Of a stretch of DNA of 64,000 bases, positions 53,501-64,000 are shown piece after piece. Origin of the DNA: Balanoglossus misakiensis (taxonomy: Eukaryota; Animalia; Hemichordata); NCBI GenBank assembly GCA_040954595.2, contig CM082582.2:12483777-12547776 (forward strand), written 5' to 3'. The position numbers were made by a program, and so were the translations under genes. How positions within the stretch are numbered: position 1 is the stretch's first letter; every line of letters starts with the position of its first letter. The notes under the pieces were generated by a model that saw only the letters and a list, made by a program, of their open reading frames with translations, was not told the origin of the DNA and searched no databases.

Positions 53501-55472
53501 TGATCACGAAATATGAACAGCTGGTGGGTATATACAGACCACACATCTAAGCTGTCACGATTTATATACACTTCAGGGTGTATGATGCACATTCAATAAT
53601 TAATAGAAGAATCTCTATCTCGAAGAGTGTGCGTGGTATCTTGCAATCAATTATGATCATGGTAAAACATAACGTGATCAGACATTAAACCTTTACATCG
53701 TCTACATTTTCGTGGATGCTCATGAATTCTGTATCAGCTAGAGTAATTCTTTTAACAGTCTCTACTGTGTCCATATGAAAAAGGAAATGGCTACTACAGA
53801 GATTGTTATTCGTACCAACGTTAACAACTCAGCGACTCAGAGTCTAGACAGAATTATCTCGCCGTTTTATTGAGCTGTGAAAACAAACTTTGATGCAGGT
53901 CACCTTCAAGAAGCAAAATCTAATTTTAAACATGGACATTAGAAAGAGCTAAATAAGTGATCTGGCAATCGATATAGCTCTGTTGTACGTGATACTTACA
54001 CTACAAAAAAGGTATCTTCTTCAGAATTAAATTACAAATTTCAAAGAGAAGTGGGTTTTTTTTACCAAAAAAACAACAAAAATGATCAAGTCAAGTTCAA
54101 ACGGTTAAAAGTGATATACTGTATGAAAAAAACTTACCTTTGCCATCAATAGTCCTTTACAAACAAGTTTATCTTCTCTAGCAGAATCTTGAAAGAACTT
54201 GAAATCGACATCAAGTATGGGATATCTACTGGCTATCACAAGGCCACTGTTAAACATAAACAGGTTGCTGTCCCAGGAATTGATGCCTACATCGTAAATG
54301 ATATGGCTGAACCATGGATGGATCTTTTTTATGAATGTCTTGGCAGCGTATGTCTCATAGACTTCTTGAAAGCACATGAAGTCAATCTGTGGTGGGAAAT
54401 TGATCTCAACTGAATGGTTACAACTTGCCTCGTTGAATGTCCTGCTGTCTTCTTTAGCCATTGTTGGTGAAAAATCTCCAAAGCTGGGTTCTTCACTCAA
54501 ACTCAAGCCACATGCATGTAATGAAATACTTGGGTTTGAATCCACTGGTGCTGAACCTGGGTACTCTGAATGGGTTGTTGATCGAGACACATTAGGTACC
54601 ACCCCATCCTTCACGCTAGATGCACTCTGCGAAGTCCTCATGTTGGGGCTCTCCTGAACGTAGGCACAATCTTGAGAAGCATCCGAGTAAATACTGTCGT
54701 ATGTCAGACTCTTACCAATAGCATTGCCATTACAACTTACACCATTACACGCTGTACCATCAGAAGAAATGGCGAAATTTTGTCCACTGCTGTGGTTGCC
54801 ATGGACACCGGCAGAGACTTGCATATCTTCATTTTCAGGGCTCAGGATATCACTTGTAAAACCTTTCACAATCTGAGCTTCGGTATTTGCTAGAACAACT
54901 TCTGAATATTGAAACTGACTCTGCATATTTGTGAAAGAGGTGCTGTTTCGGACAATTTCATTGTCTGATGGAGATTCTACGAAAATTTTGGGTTTTGGCC
55001 TCAGTTGTGAATTTGCTAATCTGTGGCCTATTTCTTTTGCTCGCCAATCAGTGCACTCAAGATTATTGACGCGTGCTATTGCTTCAGGAAGGAGTCCAAT
55101 ATTCGCCGTGCCAATTCGAAAGCATCGCTTCGAAGAAACGTGATTCCAATCTTCAAGGATGTGGTGCGATTCAAAGTACGAATAGATATAGGGATGTCGG
55201 TATCGTTGCATAATGATCCACGCGCAAAATCCCAACAACGCCGTCGGTGTGAAAATCACAAAAATTACGAGGTACGTTGGGATGAGGATCACCAAATATA
55301 CAAATCTCTCATAACAAGGGTCCTCAACTCGGCTGGCTGCCTCATCGGTAGTCGAAACGCAGCACGATATCAACCTATTCAGAGACCAGTAGCAAGGATA
55401 TATCAAAAACCAGGAGAGGCGGTAGAGCAAATTCACGCAACGATTATCGAAGGCGGCCTCGTGAAGAGCCAT
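41435..55472 (-). CDS. SMPD3: Neutral sphingomyelinase 2-like (SMPD3), paralog C (6 coding exons: 55472-54138, 47024-46949, ~44015-43866, ~43417-43264, ~42606-42434, ~41743-41435)
   Basis: MAL..N-terminus with PCYWSLNRL, TANIGLLPEAIARVNNL, a long Ser-rich insertion as in nSMase2, FPPQIDFMCFQEV, FNSGLVIASRYPI, DKLVCKG, IVGYIA, CGDFNFDN, YTDPC..WTVGT, KGNGRRRTD, TLTDHIPV, and an acidic C-terminal tail. Confidence 0.9.
41505..41560 (-). repeat. (GAT)n trinucleotide repeat encoding a poly-Asp tail in the last exon of the SMPD3-like gene
   Basis: TCATCATCA runs on the + strand translate on the - strand as DDDDDDNEDEDD. Confidence 0.8.
45151..45564. repeat. Perfect 207-bp tandem duplication (2 copies) in SMPD3-like intron 2
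   Basis: 45151-45357 equals 45358-45564; the ORF track shows identical peptides starting at 45184 and 45391. Confidence 0.95.
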
Positions 55473-56328
55473 TTCGATGTTCCTTGCATATGCGAGATGG
55501 ATGAATCGATTGATGACAAGTCTCTCTTCCCAGTATCAGTTTGCGTTCAGCATGTGTTCGCAGTGAAGAAAAGGGCAAAAAATAAACGCGTGTGGTGATA
55601 GCGGAGACACTGACAATATAATACAGAAACAGTACTTGAAATTACTTCCGATGTACAAGCACTCCGATCATAAAAGCGCGCATTTACGGGTGTTCGCTTA
55701 CCGCTCTCGCATTCAACGCTCTACGCGTTTACACAGTGCAGCATAGAGCCACAAATGGCAGACGACAAAATGTTTCCCGCTCACTGTCGTTATCTCACAG
55801 ACGAAAATAAATGTATGTCGAAACGAGTACGGTCCACATGCTCTGTAAATAAAACAAATCTCAAAAAACAAAGATGTACTTATGCGTGGTCCTACTCACG
55901 TACACATGGTCAGAAACGGAGCTACATCATGATGAAATGTACATTATCATGATGAATGAATGAGTAAGGATGCTTATTATTCAGGAATATCGCCATGTTG
56001 AAGAAATCACGTGCAAGAACCACAATCCTTTGCGAAAAGATAAACTTTCGTATATATGAACAAAGGCACGACAAGTACGGCTAGAATTGAAAGTGGAAGA
56101 ATCTTTCGCGAGTTCATTAGCCTCCCTAAAAACAAATAGTAATTTACAAACTGTGATGATTTTTTTCAATGTAGGGTGTATCCTCCCTCCAAAGAAAGAT
56201 CTTTTTCGAAATGTTACCTATCTTTTATTTAGCCGTCGTCATAGTTTCCGCACGTCCGTGTCTGCGTTGGACAGTGCGCCCTCAACGACCATCTTTGCGA
56301 CTTATTTCGTCTGTGACGTCATTTCAAA
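55473..56328. promoter_or_regulatory. Probable bidirectional promoter between SMPD3-like (-) and ZC3H3 (+)
   Basis: Start codons are head-to-head ~850 bp apart; CpG-enriched; CRE TGACGTCA at 56314-56321; YY1-like CAAAATGGC overlaps the ZC3H3 ATG. Confidence 0.55.
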
Positions 56329-59300
56329 ATGGCTGAAGACAGTGAGAAGCTACGAAATGAACTCCTGTACTTGACAGGTAATATTTTGCCTTTTTAAACC
56401 AGTAACAGGGCACTAAACATAGTTTACAAGTTACTCTGGTTAATGGTGAAGATTGATTTGTTTGTTACAAAGAACGATAGAGACCCGATTCTTGATACTG
56501 CTAGATAGAATTTGAACAACCCTGAACTCGAACCTAACACGAGTAAATTCGTGGTTTGTTTACATTTCGATAAATTCTATTAATACTCTTTTATCTTAAA
56601 GAGTCTCCCTCCAATCCATTTATCTGGTGGTTACGTTCATCTAACATTGTTGTGGGCCATTCCAGGGAGTTTACTTTGACGTTATCGTCGTTTTGTTGCG
56701 CAACACTGAAAATAAATCGTAGGTGATGCAATGAAACTGATCAGTTTGTCTTGTTTGGGAAAGATGACGTCAGTACTATACATTTACATGTACATGTAGT
56801 GCTAATGGCTTTTTGTTTGGTTGAATGCCTCTTCTTAACCGCAACCATTCTTTTAATATTACAGCATTAATAAGAAATCACAAGAATGCCCAGAATACCA
56901 CAACGCCAAGCAACTACACATCCTATCCTCAAAGTTCCTACAAGTACACAAAACCTAAATATGAAAGAAGCAAAATGTCATGGACAAGACCAACTACAGG
57001 TCATAGGATTGGAAATCAAAACGAGTATATGCGAAATGTGAAAGCTCAAAATGCCAAGACGGATGTAATGACATCATCTGTACCGAGGAAATACCCTGGT
57101 GCACCACCTCCAAAGAATATTAAAACTACAAAGGCCACATTGTTGCCCGTGAGCAAGCATAGTGTGATTGCGAATGTTTGTGAAGTTTTCCCACAACTGG
57201 ATGGTAACCAAGTTAAATCTCAGGTAGTAAGTGCTTCAGTTGGAACTTCTCAGGGAAGACCGAAACATAATGAAACAGACGTCACGCTCGCTGTTGCTGG
57301 TAATTCTGCTACTGCATCGATGAAAAACACACTGCCATCAAATACGTCTACAAGTACTACATATACGGGTAATAATAGTATATATAAATGGACATCCAAA
57401 GACTCTCAGGTAAATGCTATGCTACAACCCAAGCCATCCACGTCCACTGCAAATGTACATAAACAAGGCAAAGATGCAGTTGCAAGCACCAGTGGCAATG
57501 CTTTAAAAGAGGAAAAAGAAACCACTTTGACATCAAGATTCAAATTGAAAAGAACACACTCTTCATCTACACTGTCATCACGCACAGAGGATGGAAATAC
57601 ATCTCAATCATCCCATCAGGCCAACAGAACAAAATCAGCTAAGAACAGACATCTTCATGGAACAGAACTAAGGACCAGATATAAATACATCAGACAGGGT
57701 TCAAAGGGCAATATTACATCAAAAAGTATTAAAAAATCAACAGAAATGTCACCGATAGCAGGTGTGACCACCAGGTATAAGTTCATCAGAAAGGGAAGTG
57801 GTAAATCTGTGAAGATGCCAAAGAGGTCACAGTTATCACTGAATAGAATTCCAGTGTTACCATTGATGAGAAAGAGCCGATACAGTCTCATAAGGAAGGG
57901 AGCCTGTGCTACAACTCCAGAAGCTGGTTGGGTGTCTAGGTATTCTCTTAAAAAGGGTAAGTGTGTCAATTTTTGGACCAGCATCCACACATACAATTTG
58001 AGCCCGGCCAAAAAATGTCAAAATAGAAATTGGCATTGTGTCAGTTGAAATGATCTATTTTTCATATTTCAAAGGGTATCTGATGAAAGAGCATCAAGGT
58101 GTCAAGAAAGTCAGATCCAGCAGATATAAACTGGTAAAGATATCAAAGAAAAGGTCCAGGTAAGTGATTTTCTTGGTTTTGCTCTGATAGGTTATTTACC
58201 GTCCTTTGTAGATCATGTTACAGCAAGTTATGGAATTTCTGATATTAAAGCAAAAAGTGGATTAAGGTTGATCTTGAATTATTTTTTATTCTTTGAAACA
58301 TTCAGCGTTCCAAAAGTAGCGTTGCCATCCAGAGCTAAACTGAAATTGGACAGAAGACTAAACAAAGTTTTGGACGTAAATACTGGAACTCAGTATGTAT
58401 CCATTGGAGGTATACTCTACCGTAGCAGTGCAAAGAAGCTTGCCAAGGCATCATTACCAGTAAAAGTCTCTGACAATCGTGCAGTAATCAAGAAGACGAG
58501 AAACAAGCTCATCAGAGAAGGTTGGTGCCGGGATGAGTATTGTGTGTGTGTCTGTCAGTTTCATCTGTGGTGGAGTGGGTTTGTATGTGTGGTACTGGTA
58601 CCTTGATCACTGTAAGTCATGTCTATGTGACTTTATTTTCACAGCACCTGACAAGAAGCAATCACACCATCACCAAAATGTTATCGTGAATATAAGAGGG
58701 CAGCGTTTCACCATGGACCCTTCAGGAAAAACATTGAGAATATGGAGAGATGTGCCTTCGTCATCTGAGAAGGTTACAGCGCCCTCTCAAGACAAGGGGC
58801 TGTCAAGGGTGGACTTTGGTGGGATGACGTTTGTGCAGACCACACCAGGAACACTGGTCAGGAAGACGGGCTATACGAAAACACTGGCCAAGTATGAAAA
58901 CATTCCTCACTACCAAAACTACATTGCGGATTCATTGCTGTACCAAAAAATGCTGCAGTACACACAAATTCTCAAAACACTTGTTTTGATTATCTTCATC
59001 ATTTTCTTTCTCTTCTTTGTTTCAGTCGTGTGTTACAGCGTAGCATCCACACTACTAATGCTATGAAGTGGAAGAAATCCAAGTCCAAACAGTTCTGTCT
59101 CTTCTATAACAGATTTGGGAAATGTAATCGAGGAGACAAGTGTCCCTACATCCATGATCCTGACAAAGTAGCTGTTTGTACAAGGTATTTTACCCCATTC
59201 TATCCATTTCTCTGGCTCTCTCATTGGCAAGGAAGTTTTTTCCCCAGTTTTGCTGAAATAAAAACCTGTATATTCTAACTTTTATCCCAGATTTCTTCGT

Positions 59301-60588
59301 GGAACTTGCAAAGATCCATCCTGTCCATTTTCACATAAAGTCTCCAAAAACAAGGTTAGTCAGTTTCAGAAAATTGTCAGTCACATTACTGGTCTCCAGT
59401 TATCATTTATTTGCAAGCATGGCTCACTGGTGGGGGGGGGGGGGAGAGAACAGTTCTACTGGAATTCTTGTGCATCACTTGTATAACAAAGGTGTAGAAG
59501 TAGTTTCCTATTTCTGTTCCCAATTTTCCAGATGCCAGTTTGTTCCTTCTTCCTGCGTGGAGTATGCAATCGGGATGACTGTCCCTATTTGCATGTCAAG
59601 GTCAACCACAGTGCTGCTGTGTGTGAAGATTTCCTCAATGGATACTGTCCGTTGGCTGAAAAGGTAGGAAATGTTGGGTTCTGAGTCTGAAGGCGCAGTG
59701 TTCATGTTTTCCTGGAAGGCTTCAAGATAGTCCTGTATTAGTCATATTGTGGTAACCGGTTTGTTTTTGTTACAGTGCAAGAAGAGACACATCCTTGAAT
59801 GTCCTGAGTTTGCCAAATCTGGCGTGTGTGCAAAGGGAAGAAAGTGTAAGATGGTACACAAAACCAGGAGAGGAACTAAAAGGAAATCATCCCTGCCCCT
59901 GGATCGCAAAGAAGTACAGGAAAAGAAACTCAACATTGAGAGCAATACAGAAGTCATGGAAAGTCAGATGACCACTGAAGAGTAAGATGATATTAGTAGT
60001 CACATTCTTGCATGAGTGCGTTTCCTCTACCAGAGTTCAACTAGAATCTGTTCACCTTGTGTCAATGCACTGTGACCATGTTGGTACTGGTCGGCCAGAT
60101 ATCAATGTATGGTGTAGTAGTGTTACATTCTTATTGACTTTTCTTTACACAGAATACCTGATGTTGAGAGACATCAGTTATGCACTGTCAGTATAGCAAC
60201 TGATGAAGAGGAGTGTTCAAAGTTACCTTCCTTTATATCATTGGTGGATGAGCAGATTCAGGATACCGACAAGACACATGAAAAGGACAAACCACTACAA
60301 GGTATGATATGCTCATGTGTTTTTCCAATTTCATTAGAAGATGTTTCCAATTTTTTTTCTTAAACAACTTCACTTACCACTGCAACCGTGCTTTGAAATT
60401 ACATATTGGCTTCATGCGATACAGATTTGAGTATTGATGGTCATTTGTTATATATACAACAGTGGTAAAGCTGTTCTGCATGTTATGCCATGTTGGTATT
60501 TGATAACAAATAATTATTTTTTCGTTTACCAGAGTCACTCCACATAAGGCCAAGATTTCTGGTAAGGAAGACCCTGGCTAATGATTAA
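56329..60588 (+). CDS. ZC3H3: Zinc finger CCCH domain-containing protein 3 (about 11 exons)
   Basis: N-terminus MAEDSEKLRNELLYLT|ALIRNHK (cf. human LRRQIRLLQGLI); IGGILY and RGQRFTMDPSGKTL motifs; five CCCH fingers (FCLFYNRFGKCNRGDKCPYIHDPDKVAVCTR|FLRGTCK..CPFSH|MPVCSFFLRGVCNRDDCPYLHVKV..VCEDFLNGYCPLAEK|CKKRHILECPEF..C..GRKCKMVH); LPSFISL; C-terminal LHIRPRF; stop TAA at 60586-60588. Confidence 0.92.
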
Positions 60589-62934
60589 GGTTTACAGAAC
60601 ACAGATTTTGTCTATTTGTTTGACATATAAACTGAAAAGTGAATAAAAAAAGTGAAATGATGCAGTGAAGGCCTGCTGACTTACTGAAAGGTATTGAATA
60701 AGTTGACAGTTACCAAAGTATGTATGGCATTGTGTAAATGATTTGATTTTTTATTTGAAAATAAAATGAAAAATAATTAAAATGTGATAAGTGTCTCGTG
60801 ATATTATTTCCCCCTTATTGTAGACAGTATTTCATGAATACCATGAGCAGTTCAGATGATTATATTACAATAGGGCAGTTCATTTTTCGAGACTCCATTC
60901 TTCTAACTTAATGTTGGGGAGTCAAATCCCATAATAATATTTACATTCTTGGTAAATATTCAACAATACACTGTGGTAAGACACAGTCCCTCAAGAAAGA
61001 CGGTCGGGGAAACCCATCGAAAAAAGGGTCAGAAATAAAGCGGTCCCAGAAACGCCCGCAAAATGTGTATGCCCACAATCCACAGTAAAATCAAACATTG
61101 ACGCAAACAGTGACCAATATCTGCACAAGTATAATAGAACGTTCATTTTTGATACAGTTGCCTAACACCTTATATATTGGAGTTAACATACATAGCTTTT
61201 GGTAATTTTTATCGAGAAAAAGAAACTTTAAATATGCTACCAGTAAATTCAGCTGAAGTTATACTGTCGATTTTGTACTGTCTGCACGATTGTCATAGTC
61301 TTTCCACAGTCCAATTTTAAATTGACTTTTGATTATGGTACTATGCTGTCTGGCTCTCTCGAACTGTCTCGGTATCTCAAAACGCATATGTGCATGCACA
61401 GAGGATGGAAAGTTGAGTCGAAAATCCGATTTTCTCGACAGACGGGTTATAGTTGACTTGTCAAACATCTCAGTCTTACTGATAAGTACGCACCCGCCTG
61501 CGTTATCAATATCATTGCGGTGTAACAAGCCTTTGTGCAATCGTAAGTATAGGCCTAAATGTCGTGAGAACTTTGCAGACTGAAATTTCCCTTTAAAAAT
61601 TATTAAAACAATGGCGATATGTTCACGCTTGATTTCAGAGAATTTTGTCAGTAAGACGTTTGGTTTAGCATCATGGCTAGTACCCCCCTCCCACACACAC
61701 ACACAATGTGGCGATATTGGTCTGCAAAAAAATTAAAGCAAGAAATATGTATTTGTGTACATGTTGAATATGGTTGTCAGGATAGGGTCGGGACTGTAGA
61801 TCAGATCATTGATTTTTGCTTCATTGATTTCAACCACCAGTGTTTCTACGCCATAAGAGATTATTTAAGGTCGCATCAAGGTTAAATCGTACCATTGTAT
61901 GCAAACCGTGGGCACTGTTTGAACGAGTTTGCGCTGTACAAATGCCATACAATTCTATGACACAGGCGCGTCTTTAGTGAATATAAATCGCCTTTTATCG
62001 AAATATCGGCACTCCCCTAGTGAAGTATAGTTACGCAGAGATTGAATATAATAGAGCACACAATACTGCGGCAACAGACTTTCATTTCCCATTGAATGTG
62101 CGTTATTCTCTTTCACTTTAATTGTTGTTTTATCTTTCATCTTAAAGTTGTTTAATGTGGCATAAGCCGGCGGGGTTATTTGTCAAAGAATGGGAAATTC
62201 ATAAGTAGACCTTATAATTTCTACATCATAAAAATAACAATCTTCGATAAGCGAGTTTAGGCAATTTTGGTTAATGAGAAGAGTCAAATCGGAATGAAAT
62301 ATTTTTGCTGCTCAAGAGAAGCGAAACTACATGCAACATGTCATACAATGCAATATTTTGACGGACAGTACCACATGAAATCCCACACAGTTAATGTTGA
62401 ACTGTGTACTTTTCATAAGCACGCATGTTTGGTAAAGAGTCATGGATGACATTATTGCATATTGTCTGTGATTTATGACGGAAGCTGTCTTGTTCTGCGA
62501 TAAATTACAAACAGCGTGGCAGAAAGAATGGTTGTCAGCGATAGCCAACTCGTACTTCCCGCAATAATGCTACCGGTATTAACACTAGGACTAGGGGAAG
62601 CCTAAAGTGTTCATTTACATTGCCATAGTAACAAGTTGCGTAAGTTAATATTGATATCAAAAATCCCCGAGAATTTGCCACAATACTGGGGGAGAGAAGC
62701 TGGTATGATTATTTCGCCGTGGTAATGTACACCCTGGAGGTCATGTGAAAAATGCGATACTGGGTTTATCCTTATGGGCTCTAGATAGTACAAATTTGCC
62801 TCTGAGGGGGAGGGGCACCTGGCGTCTGGGTTCCCTGTGGGGACGCAGCGCTGCGTTCACTTTCAGGGAGGTTGAGGGCGTCGTAGTGTAACATGTTTCA
62901 ACTTGTGGTAGGACGTAATTTTGGCCTGCGCGAT

Positions 62935-63080
62935 GATTGGTCGATTTATGATTGCACTTGCAATCATTTCTAAAAATAGTACGTAAAAGAGCATATGATT
63001 GGTTCAGAATGATGTCATAGATAACATTTAGATATGACGTCACATTTCATATATAAGTTGCTGTCAGGCGGCCATTTTCT
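62935..63080 (+). promoter_or_regulatory. Putative core promoter of the Maf gene
   Basis: Two reverse CCAAT boxes (ATTGG at ~62936 and ~62998), CRE TGACGTCA at 63035-63042, TATATAA at 63050-63056 and YY1-like GCGGCCATTTT at ~63068, ~340 bp upstream of the ATG. Confidence 0.6.
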
Positions 63081-63393
63081 TGTTGTTGCCTCAATGCTCG
63101 AAGCCTCCACTGTGTGTCCGGTTTTGCCCTTGAACCGACACATTTCCACCTAATACCATCAGCTTATCGTGTCTTTGTTTACGTCTAGCAGTAGAAGAAC
63201 TGTCGACCGACCACACTGAAGTCATTTGGTTGGAAGTCATCGACGCTGTTACACTGTCAACGAATTTTTCTGCTACACAAAACTTGGATGCTATTGCTAC
63301 CCGGCTAGTACCATTCTGTTGCGCAATAAACTGAAACCACCTTGGAGGCGAGCGACAACCATTCCCCCTGTGAAATATTAATTTCCGACTCCC

Positions 63394-64000
63394 ATGGACT
63401 CATTAGCCAATAACACGGATTTCGTGGCCATGGAATATATCGAGGACTTTGATTTGTTCAAGCTCGGAATTAAGAAAGAGATCAACGACGACGATGTGAA
63501 CCTCGATTCCGCCTGTTGCACGGCGAATCGAGACGACTTGATGCTGGACCTGCCGGTGACCCCAGCTGATACGGTCACCCCTTACAGCAGCGTTCCTCCG
63601 TCTCCATCTGTCGCACCGAGTCCAACAAGTGAGAAGTTTTCTTTCGACGAGTTGTACTGGTTGACAAGTAACCAGACGCTGAATCCAGACCTGCTCAAAC
63701 TCACCCCGGAAGATGCTGTTGAGGCGCTGATTTCGGCTTCCGACAAGGAAATCGCCAGCGTTACCAGCGCCAGTACCAGCGATATCATGTCCAAGTTTTC
63801 CGACGATGAATTGGTGAATTTGAGCGTGCGGGATCTCAACCGACAACTCCGTAGTTACAGTAAAGAAGAGGTCATTTTGCTGAAGCAGAAACGTAGAACA
63901 CTGAAAAATCGCGGCTACGCACAGAGCTGTCGCACCAAACGGGTACAACAGCGACAGTGCCTGGAGACGGAGAAAACGTCCCTGGATGCCGAAGTGAGAC
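63394..64000 (+). CDS. MAF: Large Maf bZIP transcription factor (MafA/MafB/c-Maf/NRL family), 5' part; runs off the window and is absent from the ORF track
   Basis: [29 protein letters not shown] (cf. AMEYVNDFDLMKFEVKKE); [11 protein letters not shown] phospho-motif; ELYWL; [11 protein letters not shown]; extended homology region [19 protein letters not shown]; basic region [21 protein letters not shown]. No intron within the window. Confidence 0.96.
   Translation, partial: MDSLANNTDFVAMEYIEDFDLFKLGIKKEINDDDVNLDSACCTANRDDLMLDLPVTPADTVTPYSSVPPSPSVAPSPTSEKFSFDELYWLTSNQTLNPDLLKLTPEDAVEALISASDKEIASVTSASTSDIMSKFSDDELVNLSVRDLNRQLRSYSKEEVILLKQKRRTLKNRGYAQSCRTKRVQQRQCLETEKTSLDAEVR

Noticed and set aside
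47121-53592. ORFs inside SMPD3-like intron 1 (e.g. 187 aa at 47121-47684) as a nested gene or transposase
   Set aside because: No recognisable domain or convincing exon chain was found.
55023-55598. 191-aa plus-strand ORF
   Set aside because: It is antisense to SMPD3-like exon 1 and has no recognisable motifs.
61259-61702. 147-aa minus-strand ORF between ZC3H3 and Maf
   Set aside because: No homology recognised and no splice context; likely chance.
63378-63948. Minus-strand ORFs (181, 85 and 66 aa)
   Set aside because: They are antisense shadows of the + strand Maf CDS.

Overview
Eukaryotic (animal) genomic DNA, AT-rich, with many short GT-AG introns; the gene set suggests an invertebrate deuterostome (inference). 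Positions 1-~10,200 are a highly homogeneous 87-bp satellite array that decays at its edge, and all ORFs reported there are artefacts. A gene-dense block follows: three two-exon DUF4440/SnoaL(NTF2)-like paralogs (one carries a ~2-kb Helentron/HINE-type element in its intron); a 17-exon copine with a degenerate vWA domain; two tandem glutathione synthetase genes; three neutral sphingomyelinase (SMPD3/SMPD5 family) genes; ZC3H3; and the 5' part of a large Maf bZIP gene that runs off the window. The strongest novelty candidate is the downstream GSS paralog. It is intact and keeps the ATP-grasp catalytic core, but its substrate-binding loops are rewritten (A-loop GGVAAG->GSFSHR, G-loop EGGG->ESGG, NIFDQ->NITDH), which suggests a ligase making a non-canonical glutathione-like peptide. 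The nSMase paralogs show reciprocal loss of conserved residues. Exon structures were read and translated by eye; no database searches were run.
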